Position numbers and translations under genes: made by a program
In this document: piece by piece, positions 1 to 12,900 of the stretch
Layout: every line of letters starts with the position of its first letter
How positions within the stretch are numbered: position 1 is the first letter of the stretch
Origin: Haliotis cracherodii
Taxonomy: Eukaryota
Length of the DNA stretch: 64,000 bases
Reading direction: 5' to 3'
Assembly (NCBI RefSeq): GCF_022045235.1
Contig: NW_027266286.1
Location: 65,596,001 to 65,660,000, forward strand
The notes under the pieces: generated by a model
What the model saw: only the letters and a program-made list of their open reading frames with translations
Databases searched by the model: none
What the model was told of the DNA's origin: nothing

Positions 1-1806
1 GTATGCATAAGCTCCTCTCAGTTATCTATCATCTCCACACGCGATGTCGCTGAATACGCCAAGGGATGTTTAGAGCTTTCAATATGTGTTCGTGAAACTT
101 GTTCCGAGAGTACATAAGCACGCTCTTTAATATTACACACTGTGTAATACAGCTGTATGTTTATTAAACGGGTGATCTCTTCATGGGCAAGTAATAAATA
201 GAGAATCTCCCCCGAGTGTCCTTTGATATCAGATATATCAACACGAGTTGATAACAGTGGAAAAGGCGAGGTGGTTTTAACTTTTATCAATGAGTGTTGA
301 TATATTTCATATCAAAAGCTACTCGGGGATATTTTATTGATAATCCAACATCATTCCTCCAACTTTTTCAGTTTGTAGACAGTAATAAGCAGTGTCTTAA
401 GTGTAAAAAGTACTGCTATCAGATTCAGTAGCAGAGCCATTAGTGATGTCATTTGATTGGGACGTCATGGTAACCAATGACGTCACAATGGTCTGCAGAG
501 CATTGATGCAATTTCATTGTAGCGATATCTACAAGGTAGATATGTAGGGAATACTACACCCATTCTCGTTAGATACCATAGAAAGTTCACGAGTTCCGTA
601 AAAATGGTATCTAACGAGAATGAGTGGTATTGTATATATATATTGTAAATACATAACAACTTGCGTTCGTTGACAGACCAAACTGAAACCAGTTGCAAAA
701 TCTGGTTTCGCATGAATATTGATATATGCCCAAATATGGGCATTGTTGACATTTCTATGCATACGCATTAACAACTTGCGCCTGCAGTTGTGTTTGCAAA
801 CATAACAGCACCGAAGCTAAAGATCCTTTAGGAAGAATTTCGTCAACTTATGGTAATTCAAGCGTCATGTTGTTAGTACGCAGGACACCTATAAGACAAT
901 TTTAAAAGTCACATTAGTGTTCGCCAAAGACATTCATATTAACTGTACCACCCTCAACTGAAGACGTGAAAAGTCTGCTTGCATGTCTGTGACAGCTTCG
1001 AATGAAGGGCAAGGTCACCACCGCAATAAGAAAAGACAACCATGATCTTCTCACATCGTTTTACGCTAGAGATAGGGAATGTTATTGTTCACATTTGGGA
1101 TATTTTGGGCCACATAATAAGAAATCAGCACACTTCTACGGAGTCTTCGAATGATTTGTTTCGGAAATGTTCACTTTGAGTGATCAGGTCGTGCAGTCTT
1201 GAACAAACAACTCCCGAAACAGTGCCACAAAATACGTTTGAAGGAGACACTGATGGCTCAACCGGATCATCACAAATAAGCCTAGATATCTGACCAGATA
1301 GTTTGAACTGACTTCATTTCACCACGCTTATAATTTTACGTTAAATCAAATTGAAAGTTACGAAAGTGGTCGGGTGCGTCACGCTCATGGGGACCCTCGA
1401 TTTATTGATCGGTAGGTCTAGTCGTACATTGTAAATGGATACAGCTCGATTATATAATGTCTATAGAAGCTATGCGCATAACTTATATAGAATGCAAACC
1501 TAATTTGATGCGTGTGACTATCTCGTTTGGTTTAATAAAGTGTTTGTAAATATATCTCGCTCTCATGAGATTGCTTCAGTTCTTCCTTGTAATATTGCAA
1601 AATGAATGACGTCTCGCGATTTTTTATGAATGAAAAACGTAGTTCCGGTTATTCAATCAAAACGAATAAAACAAGGTCAACCCTGTACGACATCCCGTGA
1701 TGTACGGATTTAGTATCGTACCACCTGGATCTTCATCACGTGGGTAATAACGCTTGATCTCACCCAAGCGATATCTCCTGTGGGAGCCAGTTTTGGATGA
1801 AAAATA

Positions 1807-3332
1807 TAGTCTTCAAAAACAGTAACGCAAAGCCAGATTTATGTGAGGTCGATAATACATTTATACGAGGAACCGTACAAGGCATTGAGACAAAATGTTG
1901 TAGAGAGAACACTTGGCGATTGTAGTCATCTCAGTTATCGGTACATAGGAAAAGTCCAAGGTGAAGGTCAGCTACCATCAATAATGTATGTGTCTCGTTG
2001 GAATCGAGAGCGGCCTAACATACCCTTCCCATGGAAGAGACGAGTATGCGAATCACATCCTAGGGAATGATAGCCCACTCGGCCTGCAACGCAAGAGCCA
2101 ACTGCTGCAACGTCTGGGGATATGGTTGACCTTGCCGTCTATCCAATTCATCCCACATGTGCTCTATCGGGTTCAAATCCGGGGATCTCGAGGGCCAGGG
2201 GAGAACATCAACGTTGTTGTTGTATAGACAGGCTCTTGCAATCCGTGTTGTGTGCAGTCGAACGTTGTCCTGCCCTTGGCTGCAATTGGGTGGACGAGTG
2301 GTAGGATAATTTCGTTGATACATCGTTGAGCCGTAAGACTGCCCTGGATATGGACCGAACATGTCCTGCCATGATGAGGGATAGCCGCCCACATCATAAC
2401 GCAACCCCCACCAAACCTGTCCACTTCCTGTGCGCAGTTTCCGGCGTAACGTTCTCCCCGACGGCTGCAGACTAGTGCTCTTCCACCCCATCGACGGAGA
2501 AAAACTCTTGATTCGTCGCTGAACCACACATCTCGCCATCGCAGATGAGGCCATACCCAGTCGTTGTTGACGATGCTGACGACTCATTATGAGGTGTCGA
2601 ACAGGACGTCTTACTCGTAGACCTGCTGCTCTTAAACGGTTTTGTACGGTCTGGTTGGATATTCTGCGCAGTCCAGGTATATAGGATGCAGTTGAGTTGA
2701 GCTGTGGTCGTCCTTTTACGTTGGTGACGAAGTCGGATGTAGCGTTCTTGGGCGGAGGTGGTTACCCTCGTGTTGACCCATGCTGTTGAAACCGACCCCA
2801 TAGCCTTGAGAATGTGCTGGGCGCTGCATTGACTACAGCTGATCGGGATTTCCCTGTCTGCAAGCGGCCTGTGACGTTGTTTCTTTGCACTTCTGTTAAT
2901 CTTGGCATGTTGTTGAACTGTTACTGTTCGATTGACGCAGAAGCCAGGCAATCAAAAACCCTGCACTTTAATACCGTTGATAATGCTTCTGGCCGTGCAT
3001 CGCGTGCAGCTCCATTGGCCTTTTGTTGATGCACTGGGTGCGTTTTTCCGAATCCCGACTCATGGTTTGCATGTCCTTGTTTTTATCATTTTGATCCGGG
3101 AAATTTCTCACTGACACTATAACACCTAAAACCTCTTCATTTTGCACCTCTTGTTTGGACTCACAAAATGATTTCTTGAAAATCAGCTTGACAGGTCATT
3201 TCATGGAAATCAAATTCGTCATACCGCATTGTAGGGTTTACAGGTTGTAAAAATAGTTTTTAAAAATGTTGAACGAATTTATTTCTCCAACACACTTTAA
3301 TTATTAACATGCTACATTTTTTTTTAAATGTG
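1807..3332 (-). mobile_element. Decayed Tc1/mariner (Tc1-type) DNA transposon with frameshifted transposase
   Basis: Minus-strand fragments WFSDESR, RRGERY, GGGCVMMWAAI and LPWPSRSPDLNPIEHMWDEL in different frames (about 2060-2800); outer limits approximate. Confidence 0.88.
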
Positions 3333-3900
3333 TAAGTCTAAGTAGTTACAGTTAGCGAATACCCCCAGTAAAAATACAAAAAATCAAATTAAATGCCTCT
3401 CCACCCGGAACTTGGTTGTGTCATGGTAACTCACAGCTGTCGATGCCTCTAATGTTTTTGTTTACAGTATGCGGGCCTCGGACACGTTATAGGAAGCAAG
3501 ATGACAACTCCGATCTGACTCGTGAAGATCCGGGATAGAATAGGTCTTCAGCAACCCATGCTTGCCATAAGACGCGACTATGCTTGTCGTAAGAAACAAC
3601 TAACGGGATCGGGTGGTCAGGTTCGCTGATTTGTTTGGTGTATGTCATCGTATCCCAATTGCGTGGATCGATGCTCATGGTGTCAATCACTGGATTGTTT
3701 GATCCAGACTCGGTTATTTTCAGACCGCTGTCATAGAGCTGAAGTATTGCTGAGTGCGGCGTCAAACAACAAACAGTATCAAGTGAGTGAATGTTGTTTG
3801 ACAGCGCAGTCAAAAGTATTCCCAGCTATACCACTGCCAACAGTGAATAATCGAACCCGGATCAGATAAACCGGGTCAGACAACATGCCGCGTGTCCTGT

Positions 3901-4095
3901 CAAGGCCGTAGTTAACTTACTTTTTTTTTCTTTTTTTAGGGTGGGTGGGGTGGGGGTGGGGTGGGGGTGGGGGGGGTTCGGGGCAAATATACAAGTATTG
4001 TATTTTCATGATTCAAATAAAACTGTTTTCTATAAAAAGTCCAGGGGGGCAAACCACCCCACCCCCCACCCACCCTGCGGCTGGCTACGGGACTG
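3901..4095. mobile_element. Short hAT-like MITE; related copy in opposite orientation at 5245-5395
   Basis: Ends CAAGGCCGTAG...CTACGGGACTG; the second copy shares both ends; G/C-rich interior; no clear TSD. Confidence 0.55.
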
Positions 4096-5820
4096 CCTGT
4101 ACTGTCTCTAAACATTCCTAGACATTAAAATTGGCAACGACGTCACTGGAGAAGTCTTGATGCAAGCCGCTTTTGAAACCGTTTCATGATCCGCTCAGAA
4201 CAACCCCAGACTTTTCATAGACAAATCTATGTACGTAATATTAGATTTTCAAATACAGATTGTGATGTGGGATGTCTGATTCCGCCAAAGTCTGGCATAT
4301 TGATGTATACATTCTTTTAATCTCGTCTCAACTTTTACATAAATAATTGAATTAATTCTTACGGCAACTCGATATCATTTTCTATTTATAGATATTTGCT
4401 TTTTAAGTCTCAGTCAAAGGCATCAAAGAGGTTGTGCGTCTATCGTTCCTAATGGCAAATGATTTGGCAGAGCTTGCAATAACATGTCCGTTTCCGATAA
4501 CATTCACAGATGCGTAAAGCGGAAGAAGAGCAGAAGTTGTATTACCATCCTATAATTGATATTTACAAGGAACCAGATTGGTTATGAGTGTGAGCAGGAA
4601 TATTTGCATGTGGCATTCGTCAAAACAGAGGGGGGGGGACTGCTGATATTAGTTGCAGATAAAACGGAATAGAAATGTTCCCAAAAGGTTCCCAAAAAGT
4701 GTATAACTCAATGCCTTTCTTTGCAGCTTAATGAGGACTGGCATGAATAGCTCATGATTAGATTATGTGATGTTGAATATTTTCGTTTTTCTCATCTCCA
4801 TAACAGACGTCATATACAACCCAACATTAAAAAAACGATTTTATTTTTTTCACTCCGCCACTCATATTCAAAATGGAAAGCAGTGTTCAATCGGTCTGTG
4901 CAGGACACGCATACACTTGGCCATATATTGGTTTCCGCTGTGTGTCAGTGTACATGTTCCACCGTCTCTCTTTATATCTATTCATGTAAATACTTAATTC
5001 ATACATGAACACTGCGTATCGCATTTATTCATTTAGATACTTCAAACATGCGCTGTTGGGATTCTGGGTGAGTGAGAGAAGAAGTTAACGATTTGAAATG
5101 TTTTAGCGAACTGTCTTCGCCTTGTCGTTACCTCACCACCGTAAAACACAACCAAACAGGGGTGCGGGTTGCATGGGAGATATGGAACCCGTACTCGCGA
5201 AAATACTGCAAGCGACTGCGCAACATGATGACATTTACGAAAGCCAGTGCCGTAGCCAGCCGGGGGGCAGGGGACGGGGGGCAGTTGCCCCCCTGGATTT
5301 TTTTTTAAAACAGTTTTATTTGAATCAAGTTGGGGACAAGTGATACTTGTACAAATATTTGCCCTCCCGGTCAAATTAAGTTAACTACGGCCTTGGAATG
5401 CGATGTATATATCCTTCGCTACAGCACCTAAATCCTTAGTCCAGGTTATTTTACCCAGAACTTCTGCAATTATCGTCCCCATAGACAAATGTAAGCTGTG
5501 GAACACATCGAAGATCGGTGGTGGTTCTTTCGAAGAGCATGTCCATTCCGACTCAATCACTTCCGGTATATTTTAGCACAATTCCGCCTCGTTTTGAATC
5601 TCGACATGAATATTCATGAGTAATATTAAGAGTATAAAGCAACTATTCCGGGTTATTGAAGGTCCTCAGAAACCTAAGAGACGACAAAATGGATCAGGTG
5701 TTCATGCAGGCTCGGTGACTTGGCTGGTTGTGTATCACCGAATCCCTGGGGGCGCAGGACGTTACAACCACTGGATTGTCTGGCCCAGGGCCCCGTTCCA
5801 CAAAGCGATCTCAGCACTAA

Positions 5821-6358
5821 GCCCCCGTTACACTATCAAAAACGTAGTCAAAGTCCTTTTTGACCAAATTTTTGATAGTGTAACGTGCTGTCAAAAACTT
5901 TGACAAAGTTTTGGACGGACTTTGATGGAATAGAAACCGATCTTATTTCTCGTCAAACTTTGATCAACGTTTGATGACGTTGATTTAATTTAGCCAATCA
6001 GAATGCAAGGAACATTTACCCCTTTTCAACCGGAAATGCATATAGTCAAGTCAAAATGATACAACTATTTTGGACTGACGAGAAGTTGGAAGAATTAATT
6101 GATTTGTTTCAACAACGAGCAGCCATTCCCAGGACCAAATATGGTTTTGCCTACCCCGACGCCGCCTTCTCAACATGGCAATACACAAAATACATATGAC
6201 AACAGCAAACATTTCTTCGTCAGTAGCATCCATCTTGGCTAGATAATTCCCACCAAAACTTTGATGAGTGTAAACAGTCCAACTTGGACCAAGAAAACTT
6301 GGTCAAAGTTTTCTTTGACCAAGTTTTTTATCCAAGTTTTTGATAGTGTAACGGGGGC
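5821..6358. mobile_element. PIF/Harbinger non-autonomous element (internal-deletion derivative)
   Basis: Perfect 23-bp TIR GCCCCCGTTACACTATCAAAAAC; TAA-type flanks; subterminal palindromes; stumps of two convergent ORFs. Confidence 0.8.
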
Positions 6359-6870
6359 TTAAGAACAAAACAAACATGTATATAGTCCATGCTTTAAAGT
6401 GTCAAACTGTTCGTGACATTGGCAGGATCCTGTTCATCTGACGCTAGTGTTCGATTAAGTTAAATTTAGTGTTGGTTTTGTCGCGGTAATTTAGGCCCCT
6501 GGTGCGACCTCGCAGACCAAGTTACCGTAAACACAGTTAATATTGTACAGACGCTTCTTTCAGTGTCAGATCACACATCTCATGAAAATATAATTATAAA
6601 GATATTACCCTCGTGTGTCTCCGTGCCGTAAATAGAATATATTAGCAATATAGAATATGGATATCCTCTCCTTGAGTATAATGCATATTTATACGGAAAC
6701 ACACGGGGGTAATCTTTTTTCATATAATCATTCTTAAAGTAATGGATGTTTAAAAGGTAATTCCACTTGACGAAGTAAGTGTAGAAACTGCGCATAACTG
6801 CAATAAAACGCAGCTTTTGCGCCGACGCATTGAAAAACCCATCTAAGCATATTAGTCAATCGTTTATTGC

Positions 6871-7514
6871 GTGAGTAAGTGAGTTAAAATTCAACGTCGC
6901 ATCGGCATTATTTCAGCCATATTGCGACGCGAACACTTTGATATATTTACAATTGAGTCATGATTACAAAGTTATATTTAAAAACAAATTTAACAAACAT
7001 TTTTTATCATAACATTATTTACAACTGTTTAATACAGGGGCTATAAGCCCCCAGCAACCTATGCTAGGCCACCTCGCTGGGGATCATGGGAACTTATCTG
7101 CTGGTGGTCGGGCATAATACTAGCCAATATTAAAAAATGTTCAGCAATGAGTTGGCTTAACACACATGGATTGTGATAGGAATTACCTGTCGCACAATTT
7201 GGGCTATCATTTTACCGTACTTTAACCGCCTGGACAGAGCCTTCAATAATCTCTGTTGAATGTTTAAAAAGGACTTAGTAAATTCACATACACATTTATA
7301 ATTTATGATACAGTTCAATTTCTTTCAGGTAGCTTAGAATCAGATGCTCGCTCACACCTAATAAGAGATCTGTAAGATTTACTGTTTGATAATGTGAATC
7401 CCTTGCAAATGCAAAGTCCACACAGTCAAGCAAAATATACGTGACGGTGAACCTTTCATCACAAGGAATACACTTAGTTCTCACAATCGCCTATTGAAAA
7501 AGGAGGTATCCATA
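6871..7514 (-). mobile_element. 5'-truncated LINE (I/Nimb-like): ORF2 C-terminus, 3' UTR and (ACTC)n-type tail
   Basis: Minus ORF 7296-7484 CIPCDERFTVTYILLDC...ILSYLKEIELYHKL* resembles the C-terminal zinc-knuckle region of I-group ORF2; 3' tail at 6871-6930. Confidence 0.7.
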
Positions 7515-7895
7515 GATGTATGTAGCGAGAGAGTAGTGCTAGCAAGGTGACCTCATTTGCATATTTATCTGATCATGACACCAAGTTTATCGGACTGGTC
7601 TCTCGCATCGATAACACAAGCCCAGTATATGATAAAACTGTCGTCCAACTATGACTAACAATGGCCCTATACGTGGATATTTCAATAGTGTTAGTCACAG
7701 TGAGCCAACGCTTTAACCACAAGGCTACCCGACCTCCCCATAGTGTTAGTCAAGTATTCGAGAGTGGGCGAGTAGGTGAATGTTGTTTTTCGCCGTAGTA
7801 TAATATATTAATATTATGCGAACCAACAATCCAAGGCATCTAAGTACATAGTACTTCCTGGGCCATTCATCACCGGAATCACACGAGGCTGAAAG

Positions 7896-8068
7896 TGAGT
7901 TAGTGAGTGAGTATGGTTTTTCGCCGATTTTAGCAATATTCCATCAACATCACGGCGGTGGAAAACCAGAAATGGGCCTCATACATTGTGGGCCATGTGG
8001 GGAATCGAACCCGGGTCTTCCGTGTGACGAGCGAACGCTTTAACCACTAGGCTACCCCACCGACCCAT
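7896..8068 (-). mobile_element. tRNA-derived SINE (family B)
   Basis: A/B boxes on minus strand; TSD GAGGCTGAAAG at 7885-7895 and 8069-8079. Confidence 0.88.
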
Positions 8069-9889
8069 GAGGCTGAAAGGAAGCCACTTGCCCATTGATC
8101 TAGGATAATTGATTATGTATTGTAGTTATTGCCTAGGGGTGGTTAAAATGTTCTGAATACGTTTTAAAAAATTATTATTATGTCATCAACATACATTAAT
8201 ATGTAACGCTAATTCATTTCTTTTAGTGCCTGATATGGTTTGCTGAAATGCCATAGGAGTATTTTTGAGGCCGAAAGTTAGGCGATTCTATTCAAAAACA
8301 CCACGGGGTGTAATTTAGGCCGACTTGTGTTTTGTATCTGAATAGAGAGGTATTTGCCAAAAGCCACTAGCACAATCAAGGATACTCAAAATGTTGGCAT
8401 GGCTGTCGCCTATATATGGCATCAACGATATCTTCAAAACGTGTTAAAGGGGAAAATATAGGCCTGGTAACTGCATTGAGGCGTCTATAATCTACGGCAA
8501 AGCGGTAAGAGGTATCCTGATTTTTAAACCATGACAACGGGAGCGTGCTATTCAGAAGAACCGGGCTGAAAGATATTGGCTTCTAACATTTCTAGCACCT
8601 GTATGGAACATTCTTTTCCAATGGGTGCTTTTTGCTTATAAAAAGGGGGTCTAATCGGTCTGACGTCACCTGTTGCTATTTTGTGATGATGTAAGTAAGT
8701 ATCCTAACCCTGACCAATCTGAGGCAAAAACTGATCTTTGTGATTGGAGAAATGCATTTTACTGTATGCTTGTACTTTCAAGATTGTCATTACTTTTAAA
8801 ACGGTTTTGGGGACAAAAGCTCTACGACATTCAGGGGCATTGTTATTGTGCAAACCACATCAATAGGTTTCTATAAAACTTCATCTATCCAAAATGAAGT
8901 ATTGTTTCAATGCACAGAAATTCTATCTCCTTTTGTTCTATTTAATGTATCGCCAAACATTCAGCATATTTCCTTTAATGATAAGCCCCCTCCGGACAGG
9001 ACCCTTAATCCCCAGTACTAACTATTAATGTCAGTTAACACGTTGCGTCCGTGCGTGCGTGTGTGTGTGTGTGACATAAAATACAATTATTACCTCTTAT
9101 TGACACACGCACGCTCGCATACCCACCCACAGACATACATGCATATGTTGTTTTGTTGATTACTTTCCAGTAATTTCGGGGTGGGATGGGGATAGGTTTG
9201 CGTTAAGGATCTAAACACATATCTTACAGTGTATTTCGATGGTAAATGCGACCACTGTAATATGCATTTCGTGCTTTCAATAATCACGATTGTGTCATAT
9301 AGATTCACAACATTGTCAGTGATTTATTTTCATTTTTAATATTATTGGTACCATACGTTTTACATGTCTATGGGTGTACTATGATATTAGACATGAGCTA
9401 TCATTAATCAGGGTTAGGAAAATACATGAATGAGATTATATGATTTGTTGTCTATATCTTTAGGGTGTTAATAATACGAATAATTATGACAACAATGTAA
9501 TTTGTTTTCGTCCTTGTTTGTTACTTGGCTACATGCTCCTCGCTGTCCAAACATTGGAGTTTGTGCACGGAGTATTAGGCCTACACGACGATAACACGTG
9601 TCTAGACATCATGATAAGTAAACTGAAAAAAAAGAGAGACTTTGTATCATCATTTAACTACACTCATAACGGTGTGTGGTGGATGTTATTTTCTTAGCTG
9701 GATGTTTTCATGAATGAATATTTCTTCATATATAATTTCTGTGATGTTTGGGAATATATTTGTGAAGTAAAATAAAATGCAAAATATCTTTCACCTTTTA
9801 ACAGAAACTCGGGATTTAGCAAAGAGCAAGCGCATCCATTTTTTTTACTGTATTACTGATGCCAGCACGCTGTATGGAGTTCGGTAATG

Positions 9890-9932
9890 CCTCACACTTC
9901 CGGTTGAATGGCGGAGTAACGAAGAAACAGTG
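9890..9932 (+). promoter_or_regulatory. Probable XPO4 core promoter/5' UTR with ETS and YY1-like motifs
   Basis: CACTTCCGG (ETS/GABP-type) at 9895-9903 and AATGGCGG (YY1-like) just upstream of the start codon, as in TATA-less housekeeping promoters. Confidence 0.5.
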
Positions 9933-9983
9933 ATGGCGGACCATGTGATGCATGAATTAGAACAGGCCTCACAAGTTGTGTTG
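9933..9983 (+). CDS. XPO4: XPO4 exon 1 (MADHVMHELEQASQVVL)
   Basis: ATG at 9933 in gtgATGG context; donor TTG|GTGAGT; phase 0. Confidence 0.85.
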
Positions 9984-12900
9984 GTGAGTCTGAGACTTCA
10001 ATTATAAGTCGAGAAAACTAAATACTCTCTGTTAATCATTATACTCTTGTAATGTGTCTACGTTAAACAAGCCCTCGGTCTATTTTCAAAGCAATCTTGT
10101 CTTGTGACAAACGTGTTTGGTCGCACCTGTTGTCATTGAAATCAGTTTACTGACACACACAGGTAAATGATTGCCTCAGAATGTACCCTTTTGTATCCTC
10201 GGGGCGTTTTGATTAAGTTAAATGTTTATTCATTACATTTCATTTGTTTTCCACAATATATATATACTCGACTGATTGACTACCATGCCCGTTTTCAACA
10301 ACATTTAAAAGTAAACAAAAGTTGATTTTTGGATTCAAGCTATGTTTTTTTCTGTGATTTTAATGTTTTCAGTGTAATGTGGGAAATACATAATATCTTT
10401 ATATAATTTCTTGAATCCAGCTGCAGTTGTATGTACATTGTAACTAGAAGAGAGAGAGAGCTCCCTGCACTGACATGAGTGTTGTGTTGTTGCTGAATCA
10501 TAGCGGATAGTCATAGTAGTAATGACAGTTGATATCAATATCATGCTTACTGTAATACCCTTAGACAAAGCTGGATCCTGCGATCCATACTTGCCTTTCC
10601 AAATGGCTCGTAATAAGTATTATGGTAATGTCTGCATCAACACACGAGCTCCATCAATCCTTTGATCATATTGATGGATTTTCTTCACATTCATGTAATC
10701 TGTATGTTATAATCTCACAATGAATATTCTTAGTGAACTATGAAGCTTAATAAGTTTATCGATATTCTACAGGATTAAACTTTGCACTGCCCAATTATGC
10801 AAATTCATATTTTTTCCACTTGTCTGTGTATGATGACAGTCAAGTTATGATTCAAATGATATGGACATAGACTTTAAGATGAATTATCAAGTTCATGCAT
10901 GTATTTGTACCTCAGTCACCCAATTATGTAAATTTACAAGTGTAATTTTATCTTTGGTGTGGGGAGCTTATATAAGCGGTGTCATATGATTATGATTGAG
11001 ACATGAAATGCAGATTGTAAATCATCACAATCATGTCCAAGGAAAGGTTTACTGTATTGAACATGTTGAAAGGGGAAATATTTTCACCAAAGATTAAAAA
11101 CAATTTCATTAGTGATGCAAGAGGGCAAGGCTCCTTTTTATGCTGAGTATGTAAAACCAAAGCCACAATGTGTTACATGTGTCATATGCAAGAGTTGGCA
11201 CAGATGGCTGTCAAAAAAACAAACAACAAAAACATTCATGAGAGACACTACTACAGGGATTCCTGAGCACAAAGTAATAGTTACATGACCTATTGTCATC
11301 AGACATCAAGCGCTTGGTAGATCATACATGTACTTGGAATCAAGGCACAACTTCTGTTTAAAGAATTAGTAGGTCAATATATGTGACAATTAGAATTTTC
11401 TTTATGAATGAGAGTTTTGTTTGTTGATCGCTAATCTATATTTCGAAATCATAGTTTGAAAAGAATATAATATAAAAACAACTTTGTGATGTGTCATGGT
11501 TATCATGGTGATGACCTTGCTGGGGTCATGTTATCTCATAAAACAATATTAAACAAGTATGTGCATAAAAAAACACCTAACTCAAATTCACCTTCCTTAT
11601 GAGCGTGCGTTGTATTTAGAGGACATAAAAGTTTGTTTACAACCAGTCTCATTGAAATCAGATCTTAGTTCTCGCTACCGCTAAACAAAGATCTGAGGGC
11701 ATACCAATACCGTTTGCGTCAGACTGACCTTACATGAACTTTGACCGACCAATGGAATGACCAATCAGAGGGCAGCTTTCTCGTGCTTTACGGCACTAAT
11801 TTCAAATTGGCGACTACACTTCTATGGATTCAGTTGTTAAACCCGTAATTATCGTTCGGAGTTAAAGTTTTCGAAGTTGCATGGTCAGATATCACATTCC
11901 GACTGTCACTTTCATAAACTGGTAAGCGATGCTCTGATTAGTCCCAGTCTATTGAAAGGTCGTTCTGACGTGACCCCTAATGGGATGTCCTCAGATCTTT
12001 GTTTAGCGGTAGTGAGAACTGAGGTCTGATTTTAATGAGATTGGTAAACAACTGTCCAGGTAATTTAAATTCAGTCGGGTGCTACATGTACAAAGTGTTG
12101 GTGACCAATCTGTCCGTTTTTACACCAACTTCTTATGAGTCTGATTCATTGTAAACTAAGACACTAATTCATCCCTGAACAATCAAAACATTCAGTAAAA
12201 CTTTTTGTTAAAAAAACAACACTGGTATTTACCCAATTGGAGGGTGGATTCACTCATCTGGAGAGACTAAGATCTTCAACATTAGTCGCAGTATGGCACG
12301 GCCGTTTCGACGGTGTCACAACCCTTTATCCTGCTCCCTCTGCTTTGTGTATTTCATCTCTTGGGCATGATTGATAGCTTTGACAAAGAGTTAGAAGAGA
12401 TGCCAAGCAGTAGCACTATATCATCCATGGGTCTTGTAGAGTCGATTGACTGGAGACCCTTCCAGGACAATTGAAAGTTATATGCTGTATTACTCATTCT
12501 TTACAGATACGGGCGGTCGGGTAGCCTAGTGGTTAAAGCGTTCGCTCGTCACGCCGAAGACACGGGTTCGATTCCCGACATGGGTACAATGTGTGAAGCC
12601 CATTTCTGGTGTTCCCCGCCGTGATATTGCTGGAATATTGCTAAAAGCGGCATAAAACCATACTCACTCACTCACTCACTCACTCACTTTACAGATACAC
12701 AGTGACAGTCATTCATGTAACAATTCATACCTGAAAACAGGTTCCGCATGATATACCCGATATCATGCTGTTGCGTCCCACTAACGTATTATGATCGTAT
12801 CACCAGCTTTGGTGTGTTTTCCTGCTCACGAGTTATTGTCTTTAAGATGCTTGGCAGTGTTATAAATAGTTGATTAAATTCATTGTTTAGCACCAGCTTC

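Noticed and set aside
4480-5620. Promoter-like motifs (CACTTCCGG near 5560) and a possible minus-strand donor near 5130, hinting at a divergent gene
   Set aside because: No recognisable coding exon can be tied to them within the window.
12293-12335. Minus-strand ...GTCGAAACGGCCGT resembling a Penelope-type hammerhead
   Set aside because: The CUGANGA core and stem II are too degraded (AGGAUAA); at most a fossil.
12511-12585. Possible tRNA genes at SINE heads (families B, C, D)
   Set aside because: A/B boxes are present but I see no complete cloverleaf or acceptor stem; each continues into a SINE body and tail, often with TSDs.
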